This document shows positions 64,000 to 64,000 of a stretch of 64,000 nucleotides of DNA, in pieces (within the stretch, counting starts at the first letter, position 1; the number at the start of each line of letters is the position of its first letter). Under the pieces are notes generated by a model. The model worked only from the letters and a program-made list of their open reading frames with translations, was not told the DNA's origin and did not search any database. The position numbers were made by a program, and so were the translations under genes. This stretch comes from an uncultured Chroococcidiopsis sp. (lineage in GTDB: Bacteria; Cyanobacteriota; Cyanobacteriia; Cyanobacteriales; Chroococcidiopsidaceae): contig CAXTYC010000002.1 in NCBI GenBank assembly GCA_964248365.1, positions 294,547 through 358,546 of the forward strand. The letters are read 5' to 3'.

Positions 64000-64000
64000 G

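Overview
Chromosomal window of a cyanobacterium. Evidence: frequent HIP1 octamers GCGATCGC, apcD, crr6, pmgA, gap2, ycf55 and heptamer tandem repeats; the repeat style suggests Chroococcidiopsidales/Nostocales (inference). Bases 1-9.3 kb are the end of an AT-rich surface-polysaccharide cluster (GT2, Wzm/Wzt, two GT4, a radical SAM enzyme, a decayed gene remnant). The rest is mostly core genes (rnb, rpsR/rpmG, Gld-type ABC system, HU, cobD, furC, ispD, thiL, gap2, nadD, murC/B, smpB, sulfate ABC genes, asnS, rlmD, purL/F, tRNA-Leu, accC), interrupted by small decaying accessory patches. The main hidden structure is about 25 modular repeat cassettes. Nearly all have the same polarity (G-rich arm, AT-rich centre, C-rich arm) and mix-and-match 7-9 nt units, and several sit in frame inside conserved enzymes. 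Also missing from the ORF track: two copies of a 170-181 bp MITE with 5-bp target duplications (one interrupts a PIN toxin gene), a one-stop pseudogene with an HNH-like motif, XRE and tyrosine-recombinase relics beside a large dual hybrid kinase, and several frameshifted or deleted genes. No CRISPR array, rRNA or intact transposase was seen. Family calls come from motif recognition by eye, not database searches.
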